Assembly: GCA_963733195.1 (NCBI GenBank)
Contig: CAVTCR010000009.1
Coordinates: forward strand, 33,979-97,978
DNA: 64,000 nucleotides
DNA from: an uncultured delta proteobacterium
GTDB lineage: Bacteria; Desulfobacterota; Binatia; Bin18
Direction of reading: 5' to 3'
The notes under the pieces are model-generated. The model ran no database searches and was not told the origin of the DNA. It saw nothing but the letters and a program-made list of their open reading frames with translations. Below, piece by piece: positions 40,405-50,305 of this stretch. The position numbers were made by a program, and so were the translations under genes. Position 1 is the stretch's first letter. The number at the start of each line of letters is the position of its first letter.

Positions 40405-42189
40405 ATGTTTGTAGAGACAGCCACGGCTTTACGCCGTGTCGTTTTTCCCCTCATTGCGAGTCTTCTCTTTTCCGGCTGCGCGGCTCTTCGCCCTGCCCCT
40501 CCTCCCGCCCCTCCTGCACCTGTAGTCCCTCCTGTGTTCAAGATTCCGGGTGAACCCGTCGCCCTAACCCCAACCGACCGAGCCCTTGGGTATTTTCTCA
40601 AAGGAAAAGTCGCACTTGATAAAGGTGACCAAGAGACCGCACTTCCAGCGTTTGAACAAGCGGTGACGAATGACCCTACCAGCACCTTTCTCCGCTTACA
40701 GCTTGCGAAGCTCTACGTTCGCAAAGGAAAACTGGAAGAAGCCTTGGAGCATTGCCGGAAGGTCAGAGAGCAAGACCCCAGCAATGCAGAAGCCGAACTG
40801 TTGATGGCTGGATTACTTTCCTCAATGAATCAGGAGGAAGAAGCAGCCAAACTGTACGAAACTGTGTTGATTCGCTCGCCAAGAAATCAAGAGCCGTATC
40901 TCTACCTTGGAACTCTCTATGCTAAACAAGGGAAGTTTGAGCAGGCGATCGCAGTCCTCAATAAATTGATGGACGTGCATCCGCGGTCAATTCTAGGGTT
41001 GTATTACCTTGGCCAAGTGCATGCCGCGGCAAATCAGCTTGATAAGGCGGAGTCATATTACCAAAGAGCACTCAAGATGAATCCGCAGTCGGAGCTGGTC
41101 ATGTTGGATCTGGCACTGGTGTACGAGCTGCAAAAAAAGCCAGAAAAGGCAATGGATATCTACCAGAAGGCGTTGGTATTAAATCCGCAGAGTGCGCAAG
41201 TCCGCAAGCGCTTAGGTGGATTTTATGTGGGGCAGAAGAAGCTGGACGATGCACTGCTCCAGTACCGCGAACTAGAGAAAATTGAAGCTGACCCACAGGA
41301 AACCAGGATACGAATCAGCCTCATTTACCGCGAGAAAGGCGACTATCAAAAGGCGGAGACAGAACTCAGCCTCGCACTAGCGGCTCAGCCAGAAAACGAT
41401 CGCGCACGCTACTTCCTCGGCGTCGTCTATACTGAAGGCAAGGAGTACGACAAAGCAATTACGGAACTTTCTCGCATTGCAACAAGCTCGGAATATTATC
41501 CCGATGCGCGACTCTACCTCAGTTATGTCTATCAACGTCAGGGAAAGCTCGATGAGGCGATTGCCGAGGCAGATCGGGCATTAGCGGTGAAAAAGGAAGA
41601 CGTAGATCTGTTAGGTTTTCTGGCTTCGTTACACCGAGAAAAAGGAGATCGAGAGAAAGCGATTGATATTCTGAAAAAGATGATCTCCCTGAATCCAGAG
41701 AATGATCAATTCTACTTTACTCTTGGTGCTGTTTACGATGAGGCCAAAGATAAGCAGAATTGCATCACGCACATGGAGAAAGCAATCGAGCTGAATCCAA
41801 AGAATGCCGCTGCCTTGAACTATCTTGGCTATACGTGGGCCGAACAGGGAATTCGTCTTGACGAGGCCGAGAAACTCATTCGCCAGGCTCTGCAGGTTGA
41901 GCCGAACGATGGGTTTTACATCGACAGCTTAGGCTGGGTTTTTTATCAGCGCGGCGAGTACGCCAAAGCGGTGCAACAGTTAGAGCGGGCAGCGGAACTG
42001 GTCGGGCAAGATCCGACAGTAAATGAACATTTAGGCGATGCATACGACAAAGTTGGACGCACGATGGATGCTGCACGTGCCTACCGTGAGGCACTCGCGC
42101 AGGCAAAGGAAGAAAGCCAGATTCAACGTTTGCGCACAAAAATCGACACCCTCACAAGCGATAAAAAAGCGACCAGTGATGGGATCTAA
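40405..42189 (+). CDS. TPR-repeat lipoprotein
   Basis: A lipobox (LLFSGCAAL) and a Pro-rich linker are followed by about 14 TPR repeats. Confidence 0.8.
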   Translation: MFVETATALRRVVFPLIASLLFSGCAALRPAPPPAPPAPVVPPVFKIPGEPVALTPTDRALGYFLKGKVALDKGDQETALPAFEQAVTNDPTSTFLRLQLAKLYVRKGKLEEALEHCRKVREQDPSNAEAELLMAGLLSSMNQEEEAAKLYETVLIRSPRNQEPYLYLGTLYAKQGKFEQAIAVLNKLMDVHPRSILGLYYLGQVHAAANQLDKAESYYQRALKMNPQSELVMLDLALVYELQKKPEKAMDIYQKALVLNPQSAQVRKRLGGFYVGQKKLDDALLQYRELEKIEADPQETRIRISLIYREKGDYQKAETELSLALAAQPENDRARYFLGVVYTEGKEYDKAITELSRIATSSEYYPDARLYLSYVYQRQGKLDEAIAEADRALAVKKEDVDLLGFLASLHREKGDREKAIDILKKMISLNPENDQFYFTLGAVYDEAKDKQNCITHMEKAIELNPKNAAALNYLGYTWAEQGIRLDEAEKLIRQALQVEPNDGFYIDSLGWVFYQRGEYAKAVQQLERAAELVGQDPTVNEHLGDAYDKVGRTMDAARAYREALAQAKEESQIQRLRTKIDTLTSDKKATSDGI

Positions 42190-42211
42190 AAGAACAGTCA
42201 GTTGACAGAGA

Positions 42212-43336
42212 TTGAGCTTCTCAAATTTTCGTTTAGTAAAATGTTTCTTCCCTCAGCGACTGTCTCCAGAATTGGAGAAGCGAGTCACTGCGAGCCCTTT
42301 GGCCGGGCTTAGGACAAGTTCCACGAAGCAATCTTTGCCCGCAACAGAGATTGTTTCGTCGCCGGAGCCTGCCCTGCCTGCGCCAGTGCCGCAGGCACAG
42401 GTGAGCGTAGCGCAGCGAAGTCGAAGGGCTCCTCGCAATGACAATTCTTGCCCATCTTTAAGACTCACTCTCACACGAGATCTTATACACTCTCTTCATT
42501 GCGGACTTCAGGCTGTTACTGCCATCTGGGTCTGTCTTCTTGTTTTTACCTTGAGTAGCTGTACCCTACGCCAATCACTCCAGCCCACTGTCTCTAGCAC
42601 TCCACGTGACATATCAAAGGAATCCGAGGTGCCAGTAGCAGAGCAGCTGCTCGCCCCACTGCGGGCTCGTGAGCAGCAATTGACTAGCCTTCGTGGCTTA
42701 GCTCGTGTGACTTACAACGATAGTGAAGAAAAGGGAACTGCTCGACAAGCAGTGGCCGTAGTCGCTCCCGATCACTTCCGCGTAGAACTCTTCTCCCCCA
42801 TTGGCATCGCTGCGCTGGTGACGACTGATGGGCAGCGATTGGCAGCCTATTTCCCCAAAGAAAAGACCATCTATCGTGGGGCAGCGAACGCGGAGAACGC
42901 TGCGCGATTCCTGCGAATTATGCTTTCTGCTGGTGATATTGCTAGTCTACTGTTAGGCTTGCCATTCTCCATACCACACGAAGAGAACAGCACCGTCCGC
43001 TTTGAGGCTGATCACAACTGGTATGTGCTTTCAGTACCGGAGGAAGGAGGGAGTAGCCAAACGCTGATATTCGATGCCCAGAAACGACACCTGCTCAAAT
43101 GGGAAGCACTAAGCAGTGACGGAAGCGTACTCGCCCGTATGGCGCTGGCGGAATATCGTGCGGTACAAGGACAGGAATTCCCCTTTGAAATCATATTGAC
43201 CGATCTCCAGGGAGGGCAAGAAGCTGGGATCTACTATGAGCGAGTTGAGATCAACCCGACGTTAACGGATACGTTATTCACCCTCGCACCGATCTCCGGC
43301 GTTCAAGAGGTTGATCTTGATGCTTCTCCACCATAA
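42212..43336 (+). CDS. LolB-like / outer-membrane lipoprotein-sorting protein (start uncertain)
   Basis: There is an internal lipobox (LLVFTLSSC), and the downstream region resembles LolB/LolA-fold lipoproteins. The annotated N-terminal 100 aa overlap repeat copy C. No canonical start codon lies immediately before the lipobox. Confidence 0.5.
   Translation: MSFSNFRLVKCFFPQRLSPELEKRVTASPLAGLRTSSTKQSLPATEIVSSPEPALPAPVPQAQVSVAQRSRRAPRNDNSCPSLRLTLTRDLIHSLHCGLQAVTAIWVCLLVFTLSSCTLRQSLQPTVSSTPRDISKESEVPVAEQLLAPLRAREQQLTSLRGLARVTYNDSEEKGTARQAVAVVAPDHFRVELFSPIGIAALVTTDGQRLAAYFPKEKTIYRGAANAENAARFLRIMLSAGDIASLLLGLPFSIPHEENSTVRFEADHNWYVLSVPEEGGSSQTLIFDAQKRHLLKWEALSSDGSVLARMALAEYRAVQGQEFPFEIILTDLQGGQEAGIYYERVEINPTLTDTLFTLAPISGVQEVDLDASPP
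42282..42446. repeat. Family 2 mosaic palindromic repeat, copy C (reverse orientation), lying inside the predicted 5' end of ORF 42212..43336
   Basis: The reverse complement contains GAGCCCTTCGAC...GCTCACCTGTGCCTGCGGCACTGGCGCAGGCAGGGCAGGCTCCG. Confidence 0.7.
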
Positions 43337-43380
43337 GAGGCAGGATAGATGTAACTCTCAAAGAGTTATCCACCGATCGT

Positions 43381-43847
43381 TTACTGTTTCTCCACCGAGG
43401 AAGGCTCGCGTTTCCGTACAAGCGCAATTGCGCGTTGTGCGACAGAATACCGTTTGTCGACCCAGTGTTGAAACCGCTCGCCTTGGCGAGAGTCACTATC
43501 AACGACCCAGTCGGGATAGGTTTCGACAGTATTGACGTGATCGACCTGTCGCACCGGGAAGAGAATAATGGCTTCTGCCCCTTCTTCACAGGCTGTCGCT
43601 TTGATTAAGGACTCCATTTTCTCGGTCATTTCGGCGGAGCCAGCGTACGAGATAATTTGTGCGAATGGTTCATATGATTCTGTCGGTTTACTCGTTAAGA
43701 CTGTAATCCGGCAATTTCGCGGTCGCGGTTCAGGATAAATGGTATTCGTACGTTCCGTCATTGCTATCAGGCGGATAGATTTTCCCTGCACAGCTAATTG
43801 TCAGAAGCACCCAGAACGATAAGAGGAAAGAAGAAAAATTCTTCATC
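43381..43847 (-). CDS. Hypothetical lipoprotein, with a frameshift near 43790
   Basis: The ATG at 43847 encodes the lipoprotein signal MKNFSSFLLSFWVLLTISCAG in one frame. The body (ORF 43381..43791) continues in another. Confidence 0.5.
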
Positions 43848-44134
43848 GTTCAATCCTTACCCTCAGCAAAAATCCGGACCTGACCCGACGTTGAGAAGAA
43901 CGTTACAATAATTCGTCCGCTCCTATGGTGCAACCATAAATTAGGCAGATTGTGTCTGTGCAGTGCCAAAAATTGACACATCGTTGTCTATTTTTTTATG
44001 ACTTTAAAGAAACATCGTCTTTGTCGCTAAAAATTCTCCTTATTTTATGGAGTTTTTTTGCGAAACAAAACGAGGTCTTTTGGTATGCGCTTTGCTGTGG
44101 TATAAATATAACAACGGTCGAGAAAGGAGTTTAT

Positions 44135-44350
44135 ATGATCGATCGGAGCAGAGCTGGGAGGCGGTGCCGGACAAATCAACTCGTTCGGACGGTGGAGGGG
44201 GATTTAACAAGAGCCGCAACGGGGACGGTTCGGTACGAAATGGAGAATCTGGGGCGGAGTCTCGTCATGGTGGATTGGGATAAGGGATTTACTGTCCCAG
44301 TTTTCCCACATGAAATCGAGATGCTTGTCGAGAAGGAAGCCCACCCGTAA
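44135..44350 (+). CDS. Small hypothetical protein (71 aa), preceded by an AT-rich region with an extended -10 promoter
   Basis: RBS AAAGGAG-N6-ATG. Upstream is TGgTATAAAT (an extended -10) within roughly 35% GC DNA. A hairpin CCCACC-CGTAAC-GGTGGG overlaps the stop codon. Confidence 0.5.
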   Translation: MIDRSRAGRRCRTNQLVRTVEGDLTRAATGTVRYEMENLGRSLVMVDWDKGFTVPVFPHEIEMLVEKEAHP

Positions 44351-44379
44351 CGGTGGGCGGTACAATAGGCGAGCTGTCT

Positions 44380-44646
44380 TTATCTCACGCTGAAGATCAG
44401 CACCCCGACTCCTTGTAGGAGACGTCCAACGCCGCTAGCGACGTGCGCTCCAGTGTTCCAGGCTGCAGTGTCCTGCCTGGCAAGGTGATTTTCAAGGCGC
44501 ATCTTTTCCTGCGGGCTGAGCTGCTCATAAGGGCGGCCATAATACGTTTGGGCCTGCTGTCGGGCGACACTTTGCGCATTCGAGGCTGTACAGCCTGTGG
44601 TGGCGAGTACACCGAGGATTAATGCAGTAAGCAACTTTTTTTGCAT
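44380..44646 (-). CDS. Small lipoprotein (hypothetical)
   Basis: MQKKLLTALILGVLATTGC lipobox signal. RBS AGAGGA. Confidence 0.55.
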   Translation of the reverse strand: MQKKLLTALILGVLATTGCTASNAQSVARQQAQTYYGRPYEQLSPQEKMRLENHLARQDTAAWNTGAHVASGVGRLLQGVGVLIFSVR

Positions 44647-44740
44647 ACCTGTTCCTCTTGTATAAAAACTCTCTAGTTTAACGTTGTATGCATGCAAAAG
44701 TTCCGTGCGTAGGGCTTTCCCTCTCCGCGAGAGGAGGGCA

Positions 44741-45907
44741 TTAATCCTTTAACAACGAGCGAGCAACGACCCATCGGTGGACTTCAGTTGGTCCTTCAAA
44801 AATCCGCATTGGCCGTAAGCGACGATATATAAACTCTAACGGCAGATCCTTCGACATGCCCATGCCACCGTGCACCTGCATAGCACGGTCAGCAACACGG
44901 GTCGCCATTTCCGTGGCAAAGATCTTCAGCATCGACGCTTCTTGGCGAACATCCTCTCCTTGGTCAAATTTCCACGAGCCATGATGCGTCATCAGGCGCG
45001 ACGCGTAGATGTCGGTCGCCGAATCGGCGATAAACCATTGCACGGCTTGCCGGTCGGCGAGACGTTGACCGAATGTCACTCTTTGTTTTGCATAATCGAC
45101 CATCATATCGAGGCAACGTTGGGCCATACCGACGCACCAACTACCGATCTCCAAACGCCGAACGGTTAGACGTAATTGCATCGGTGCAAACCCCTGGCCA
45201 ATTGGACCGAGGACCTGGGATTCTGGGAGCGTGAGATCCTCGAACACAATCTCCCACGGGGCGTGACCGCCAATCACAGGAATCTGACGCTGAAGAATCA
45301 ACCCCGGCGTATCTTTATCGACAAGAAACGCCGTAATGCCACCACGTGCACGCTTGTCTTTATCCGTGACCGCCATGACGATAATAAAATCTGCAATATG
45401 GGCACGAGAGATCCAAATTTTCCGACCGTTGATGATCCATTGATCTCCTTTTTTGACCGCGGTTGTTTGCATTCCTGCTGGATCTGAGCCTGCTCCTGGT
45501 TCGGAAATTGCGATCGCTGAGCGTTTCGTACCCTGAGCATAAGGTATGAGATATCGTTCACGTTGCTCGGGCGTGCAGGTTTGCATAAGCATGTGCAGAT
45601 TTGGCGCATCAGGAGGAAAGGTAAACGGAGTGACGGATTTGTGAAGCTCTTCGTTCGCCAGGCATTTAGGCAGGGCACTGAGGTTGAGGCCGCCAAATTC
45701 TTCGGGAACATCAAGTCCCCACAGTCCAGCCTCTTGGGCTTTGGCGAGGAGCTTTTCTTCGACATCATTGGGAATGAGGTCCTCTCCTGTGCGTCCTTCT
45801 GTGTCACGTTGGAGGACCAGTGATTCAAGCGGTAATAACTCCTGGCGCACAAATCTGCGGACCGTGTCCTGCAACATCCGGTGTTCTTCAAGCAGTGAAA
45901 AATCCAT
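44741..45907 (-). CDS. Acyl-CoA dehydrogenase
   Basis: ACAD fold with a C-terminal catalytic region (IFEGPTEVHRWVVARSLL). Start at MDFSLLEE. Confidence 0.85.
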   Translation of the reverse strand: MDFSLLEEHRMLQDTVRRFVRQELLPLESLVLQRDTEGRTGEDLIPNDVEEKLLAKAQEAGLWGLDVPEEFGGLNLSALPKCLANEELHKSVTPFTFPPDAPNLHMLMQTCTPEQRERYLIPYAQGTKRSAIAISEPGAGSDPAGMQTTAVKKGDQWIINGRKIWISRAHIADFIIVMAVTDKDKRARGGITAFLVDKDTPGLILQRQIPVIGGHAPWEIVFEDLTLPESQVLGPIGQGFAPMQLRLTVRRLEIGSWCVGMAQRCLDMMVDYAKQRVTFGQRLADRQAVQWFIADSATDIYASRLMTHHGSWKFDQGEDVRQEASMLKIFATEMATRVADRAMQVHGGMGMSKDLPLEFIYRRLRPMRIFEGPTEVHRWVVARSLLKD

Positions 45908-46091
45908 AGTTAATTCCTTCCCTGGAGAAAGTCGCCCGCACTTTACCAAGGTCGGTGAGGGAAAAGAAAGACCGCAGCGTAAAAAGAAAACTCCTAAGGG
46001 TGCAAGAAAGAACCCTGGGAGTGGAATGCTAACATTTCGTCTGAGGATACGGGACGTTACCGTCGTGAGCAGTTATGCAATGAGTGAGGAT

Positions 46092-47879
46092 TTAGAGGTC
46101 AGACGTAAACGTACATAACGTATCGTCTGCACGGTCACGTCGGACAACGGTTTCGACTTTCCATAGTCCGGGATTTGGAGCGTAGGTGCTTTTGGGAGCA
46201 TACGATCCTGCAGCTTGAAGGTTTGGATGGGCGACTAATGTCACCGTATTATTGTCATCCTGGTCCAGAGGAGTAAACGCAAGAATAATCCGCGTAATAT
46301 TTGGCAATGGTTGCCCAAGCTCATCGGTAATATGTAACGAATATGTCGCAGTAGTCTGTGACTTCCGTTCAAAAGCAAATTTGACCTGTAAACCTTTGCA
46401 TTCCTGTGAAAGGACTACCGGAGCATAGGATTTCCCGAAGATGTCATAAGAGCGTTGCCCAGTCGTCGGTGTGCAACTCCATAATAGAGAGCAAAGCATA
46501 GCAATTGTTGCCCAGTGTTTTATCGAGGCTTTCATACTGACGGGTTGAAGGATGGCCGTATGTGAATGAATCGTCAAGGGAAAATACTCTTCATGCGTAG
46601 TCTGCCAAATGTTGAGATCCCGTAAGGCGCGTTCAGCCAATGCAGTCTTCTTTTCTCGCCCCCGTAAACGGTTTTCTAGCGGAGGAAAAAGTCCGTAGTT
46701 TGCATTCATCGGTTGAAAATCACGCCGTTCATCACTGGAGATGTATGCGATCATCGAACCGAGAGAGGTCGTCGGTGGCGCAGTGAGCAAGGGCAAACCT
46801 TGAGCGAGTCTCCCGGCATTAAGTCCCGCCAGTAACCCGGCTGCGGCAGATTCCAAGTATCCTTCAACGCCGATCATTTGACCAGCAAAGAATAGATTGT
46901 GACGATCCTTAAACTGCAACGTAGGCAACAGCAACCGGGGAGAGTCAATAAACGTATTACGGTGCAGGCTTCCCAAGCGGACAAACTCGGCTTTCTCTAA
47001 GCCGGGAACCATGCGAAAGACACGACGTTGCTCAGGATAGGTCATCTTGGTTTGAAATCCCACAAGATTCCATAATGTTCCAGCACGATCATCTTGGCGT
47101 AATTGCACGACCGCGTATGGCCGTTCTCCTGTCCGTGGATTAAGGAGTCCGACGGGCTTCATCGGCCCAAAAGCGAGGGTATCTTTCCCGCGGCGTGCCA
47201 TTTCTTCGATAGGGAGGCAACCTTCAAAATAAATGGCGCGCTCAAAATCTTTCTCCAGTACTTTTTCGGCAGCCAGCAGTTCCTCGACGAAACGATAATA
47301 CTCCTCGCGTGAGAGCGGACAGTTGAAGTAGTCATCACCATGAGCGTAGCGAGACGCACGGAACGCAACTTCAGTGTTAATGGATTCTGTGGTCACCACT
47401 GGTGCAATCGCATCGTAGAAATAGAGGTATTCACTGCCAAACAGGTTGCGAAGTTGGGATGAGAGGGCGGGAGAAGTGAGTGGTCCGCTGGCAACGATGG
47501 TTACTCCATTTGGTAGTTCTCGCACCTCTTCCCGACAGATCTCGATACTCGGGTGTTTGGTTAATGCCTCGGTGATGTATTGCGAGAAGATCGTCCGATC
47601 GACAGCAAGTGCACTCCCAGCCGGGACGCGCGCGGTATCGGCCGCAGCGATCACCAGCGAATCCAGGTGCCGCATTTCCTCTTTGAGCAGTCCAATCGCG
47701 GTATCGAGTGAGGCACTACGCAAAGAATTTGAGCACACCAACTCCGCAAAGCCATCAGTATGATGCGCTTCGGTTGGTTGCACCGGTCGCATTTCATACA
47801 AGCGTACAGGGATGCTACGCCGTGCAAGTTGCCACGCGGCTTCACTACCGGCCAAGCCGGCACCAATCACAGTAACCAT
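46092..47879 (-). CDS. trmFO: Methylenetetrahydrofolate--tRNA-(uracil-5-)-methyltransferase TrmFO. The ORF continues without a stop into a roughly 145-aa lipoprotein-like segment (46092..46529)
   Basis: The N-terminus MVTVIGAGLAGSEAAWQLARR and the TrmFO/GidA core cover about the first 435 aa (to about 46575). An in-frame ATG at 46529 then starts the lipobox peptide MKASIKHWATIAMLCSLLWSC. Confidence 0.8.
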   Translation of the reverse strand: MVTVIGAGLAGSEAAWQLARRSIPVRLYEMRPVQPTEAHHTDGFAELVCSNSLRSASLDTAIGLLKEEMRHLDSLVIAAADTARVPAGSALAVDRTIFSQYITEALTKHPSIEICREEVRELPNGVTIVASGPLTSPALSSQLRNLFGSEYLYFYDAIAPVVTTESINTEVAFRASRYAHGDDYFNCPLSREEYYRFVEELLAAEKVLEKDFERAIYFEGCLPIEEMARRGKDTLAFGPMKPVGLLNPRTGERPYAVVQLRQDDRAGTLWNLVGFQTKMTYPEQRRVFRMVPGLEKAEFVRLGSLHRNTFIDSPRLLLPTLQFKDRHNLFFAGQMIGVEGYLESAAAGLLAGLNAGRLAQGLPLLTAPPTTSLGSMIAYISSDERRDFQPMNANYGLFPPLENRLRGREKKTALAERALRDLNIWQTTHEEYFPLTIHSHTAILQPVSMKASIKHWATIAMLCSLLWSCTPTTGQRSYDIFGKSYAPVVLSQECKGLQVKFAFERKSQTTATYSLHITDELGQPLPNITRIILAFTPLDQDDNNTVTLVAHPNLQAAGSYAPKSTYAPNPGLWKVETVVRRDRADDTLCTFTSDL

Positions 47880-47990
47880 AAGTCAGTAATAAGTAATGAG
47901 CTTCTAGTAATGAACACCGAGTGTCGAATAATGAGGTCGTAGCGACACTGATAACTCGTTACTCTTTACTCGTCACTTGTTACTGACTTA
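47880..47990. repeat. GTCAGTA-type inverted repeat between trmFO and topA
   Basis: AAGTCAGTAATAAGTAATGAG...CTCGTTACTCTTTACTCGTCACTTGTTACTGACTT. Related AGTAGTCAGTAGTCAG repeats occur at 8697..8745 and 62835..62915. Confidence 0.5.
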
Positions 47991-50300
47991 TCCTGCTTCC
48001 GCGATTTGTTCTACCACCTCTTGATAATCGCATTCTTCACGGAAACAACGCCGTGTCGTACCGGTACGTTTGGTGGTCTTCTCGACGATGAACGGCGCTT
48101 GGCACTGTGGACATGGTTCGGCGATCGGGCGATCCCATAGCGCAAAAGAGCATTTGGGGTAGCGACTACAGCTGTAGAAAATCTTTCCGCGTCGTGAGCG
48201 TTTTTGTTGGATGTCACCCTCGTTACAGTCGGGGCAAGTGACTCCGAGTGATACAGGTGCGGCTGTTCCGGTCTTCTTAATGTTTTTGCAGTCTGGATAG
48301 CCGGAACAGCCGAGAAACTTCCCGTACCGGCTGAACCGTATCTGCATCGGCTTGCCGCACTTCTCGCACACTTCGTTAGTGGCTTCTTCTTCTTCTTTCT
48401 GTGGGATGACATTACCTTGATCATCACGAGTGAAATTACTGGTCGATTTGCACTCAGGATAGTTTGAACAGGCAAGGAACTCGCCGTTACGGCCCCAGCG
48501 AATCGTCATCTTCCCGTTCTCACACTTGGGGCAGGCAATGTCAGTTGGTTCTCCAGTGCCTTTGACATCACGCATCTCTTTTTCTGCTCGTTCCAGGTCG
48601 GCAGAGAAAGGTTGATAGAAACGCTCCATCGCCTTCTTCCAATCTTCTTGCCCGTCCTCGATCTTGTCGAGCACTTCTTCCATCCCCGCTGTGAATTCAG
48701 CATTGAGGATATCGGGGAACGACTCAACCAGCAGGTCAGTGACAAGCATGCCGAGACTTGTCGGACGTAGCCGGCGTTGTTCGTCTTCTTCGACGTAATC
48801 TTTGTTGATAATCGTGCCCATGATCGAGGCATAGGTTGAGGGTCGGCCGATGCCCTTTTCTTCTAACTCCTTAATCAGAGTCGCCTGCGTGAAACGTGGT
48901 GGTGGCTGGGTAAAGTGCTGGTTCGGTGTGAGTTGCAACAGTTGGAGTCGATCCCCCTCATTCAAAGGCGGAAGCTGCTTCTCATCGTCGTCATCATCAT
49001 CTGTTGTTTTATCGTCCTTTCCCTCCATATACACACGTAGGAAGCCATCAAAACGCATGACTTGCCCGCTCGCGCGAAAGGTGCAGGCATTGGCAGCGAT
49101 GTCGACACTGGTCTGCTCAAAGAGGGCAGGGGACATCTGACTGGCCATGAAGCGATTCCAGATCAACGTATAGAGGTTGAGTTCTTCGCGGCTGAGGTAC
49201 TGCGCGACTTTCTCAGGCGTATTGTCTAAAGACGTTGGACGGATGGCTTCATGGGCTTCCTGCGCGGTCTTCGCGGAGCGGTACGTGTTCGGTTTCTCTG
49301 GAACGTACTGCTCACCGTATGTGTCATTGATGTAGGTCCGTGCCGCCGCAGTCATTTCTGGCGAAATGCGGGGCGAATCGGTTCGCATGTAGGTAATCAA
49401 TCCGACCGCGCCTTCCTCACCTAACTCGACCCCCATATAGAGTCGTTGGGCGATGCCCATCGTGCGGCTCGGTGCGTAGCCGAGTTTTCGTGAGGCTTCT
49501 TGCTGCAAGCGAGAGGTAATAAAAGGAGGGGTAGGATTCCGTCGTCGGTCGCGTTTTTCGACTTTACTGACAATCCAGTCGGCTTTGTCAAGATGCGCCA
49601 GGATTTCTTTGGCTTCGGCTTCGTTGGCAATGCGAAAGGTTTTGTTGTCAACGCGTTTGTCGGCAACCTTGGCTAAACGTGCTTCGAACGGAGGCGGGAT
49701 TTGCCCTTCGAGATTGGCAATAATCGACCAGTATTCTTCGGGAACGAAGGCTTGAATTTCTCGCTCACGTTCAGTGATAATGCGCACGGCGACGGACTGC
49801 ACGCGACCCGCCGACAACCCGCGACGCACTTTCTTCCATAACAATGGACTAATCTGATACCCAACCAGGCGGTCTAAGATACGGCGGGTGGCCTGTGCTT
49901 CATAGCGATCGCGATTGAGATCGGTTGGATTCTTGATCGCTTCTTGTACGGCTTTTTTGGTAATTTCATTCAGCAAAATGCGGTGGACTTTTTTGCCTTT
50001 CTTGTCAAGTTTTTCCGCAAGGTGCCATGCAATCGCTTCTCCTTCACGATCAGGGTCAGACGCGAGATAAATATGTTCTTTATCTTTTGCCGCTTTTTTG
50101 AGCTCGTCGATGATTTTCGACTTGCCTTTGATTATTTGATACTCAGCGGCAAACCCTTTTTCGACATCAACCCCAAGTTTGCTCTTAGGCAAATCAACGA
50201 CATGACCAACTGAGGCTTTGACTTGATAGTTCCGGCCCAAGTATTTGCCAAGCGTCTTTGCTTTGGCCGGAGATTCGACAATCACCAAACTTTTTGCCAT
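47988..50300 (-). CDS. topA: DNA topoisomerase I with C-terminal zinc-ribbon repeats
   Basis: TOPRIM N-terminus (LVIVESPAKAKTL), the active-site Tyr region and three or more C4 zinc ribbons. 770 aa. Confidence 0.95.
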   Translation of the reverse strand: MAKSLVIVESPAKAKTLGKYLGRNYQVKASVGHVVDLPKSKLGVDVEKGFAAEYQIIKGKSKIIDELKKAAKDKEHIYLASDPDREGEAIAWHLAEKLDKKGKKVHRILLNEITKKAVQEAIKNPTDLNRDRYEAQATRRILDRLVGYQISPLLWKKVRRGLSAGRVQSVAVRIITEREREIQAFVPEEYWSIIANLEGQIPPPFEARLAKVADKRVDNKTFRIANEAEAKEILAHLDKADWIVSKVEKRDRRRNPTPPFITSRLQQEASRKLGYAPSRTMGIAQRLYMGVELGEEGAVGLITYMRTDSPRISPEMTAAARTYINDTYGEQYVPEKPNTYRSAKTAQEAHEAIRPTSLDNTPEKVAQYLSREELNLYTLIWNRFMASQMSPALFEQTSVDIAANACTFRASGQVMRFDGFLRVYMEGKDDKTTDDDDDDEKQLPPLNEGDRLQLLQLTPNQHFTQPPPRFTQATLIKELEEKGIGRPSTYASIMGTIINKDYVEEDEQRRLRPTSLGMLVTDLLVESFPDILNAEFTAGMEEVLDKIEDGQEDWKKAMERFYQPFSADLERAEKEMRDVKGTGEPTDIACPKCENGKMTIRWGRNGEFLACSNYPECKSTSNFTRDDQGNVIPQKEEEEATNEVCEKCGKPMQIRFSRYGKFLGCSGYPDCKNIKKTGTAAPVSLGVTCPDCNEGDIQQKRSRRGKIFYSCSRYPKCSFALWDRPIAEPCPQCQAPFIVEKTTKRTGTTRRCFREECDYQEVVEQIAEAG

Positions 50301-50305
50301 TACGA

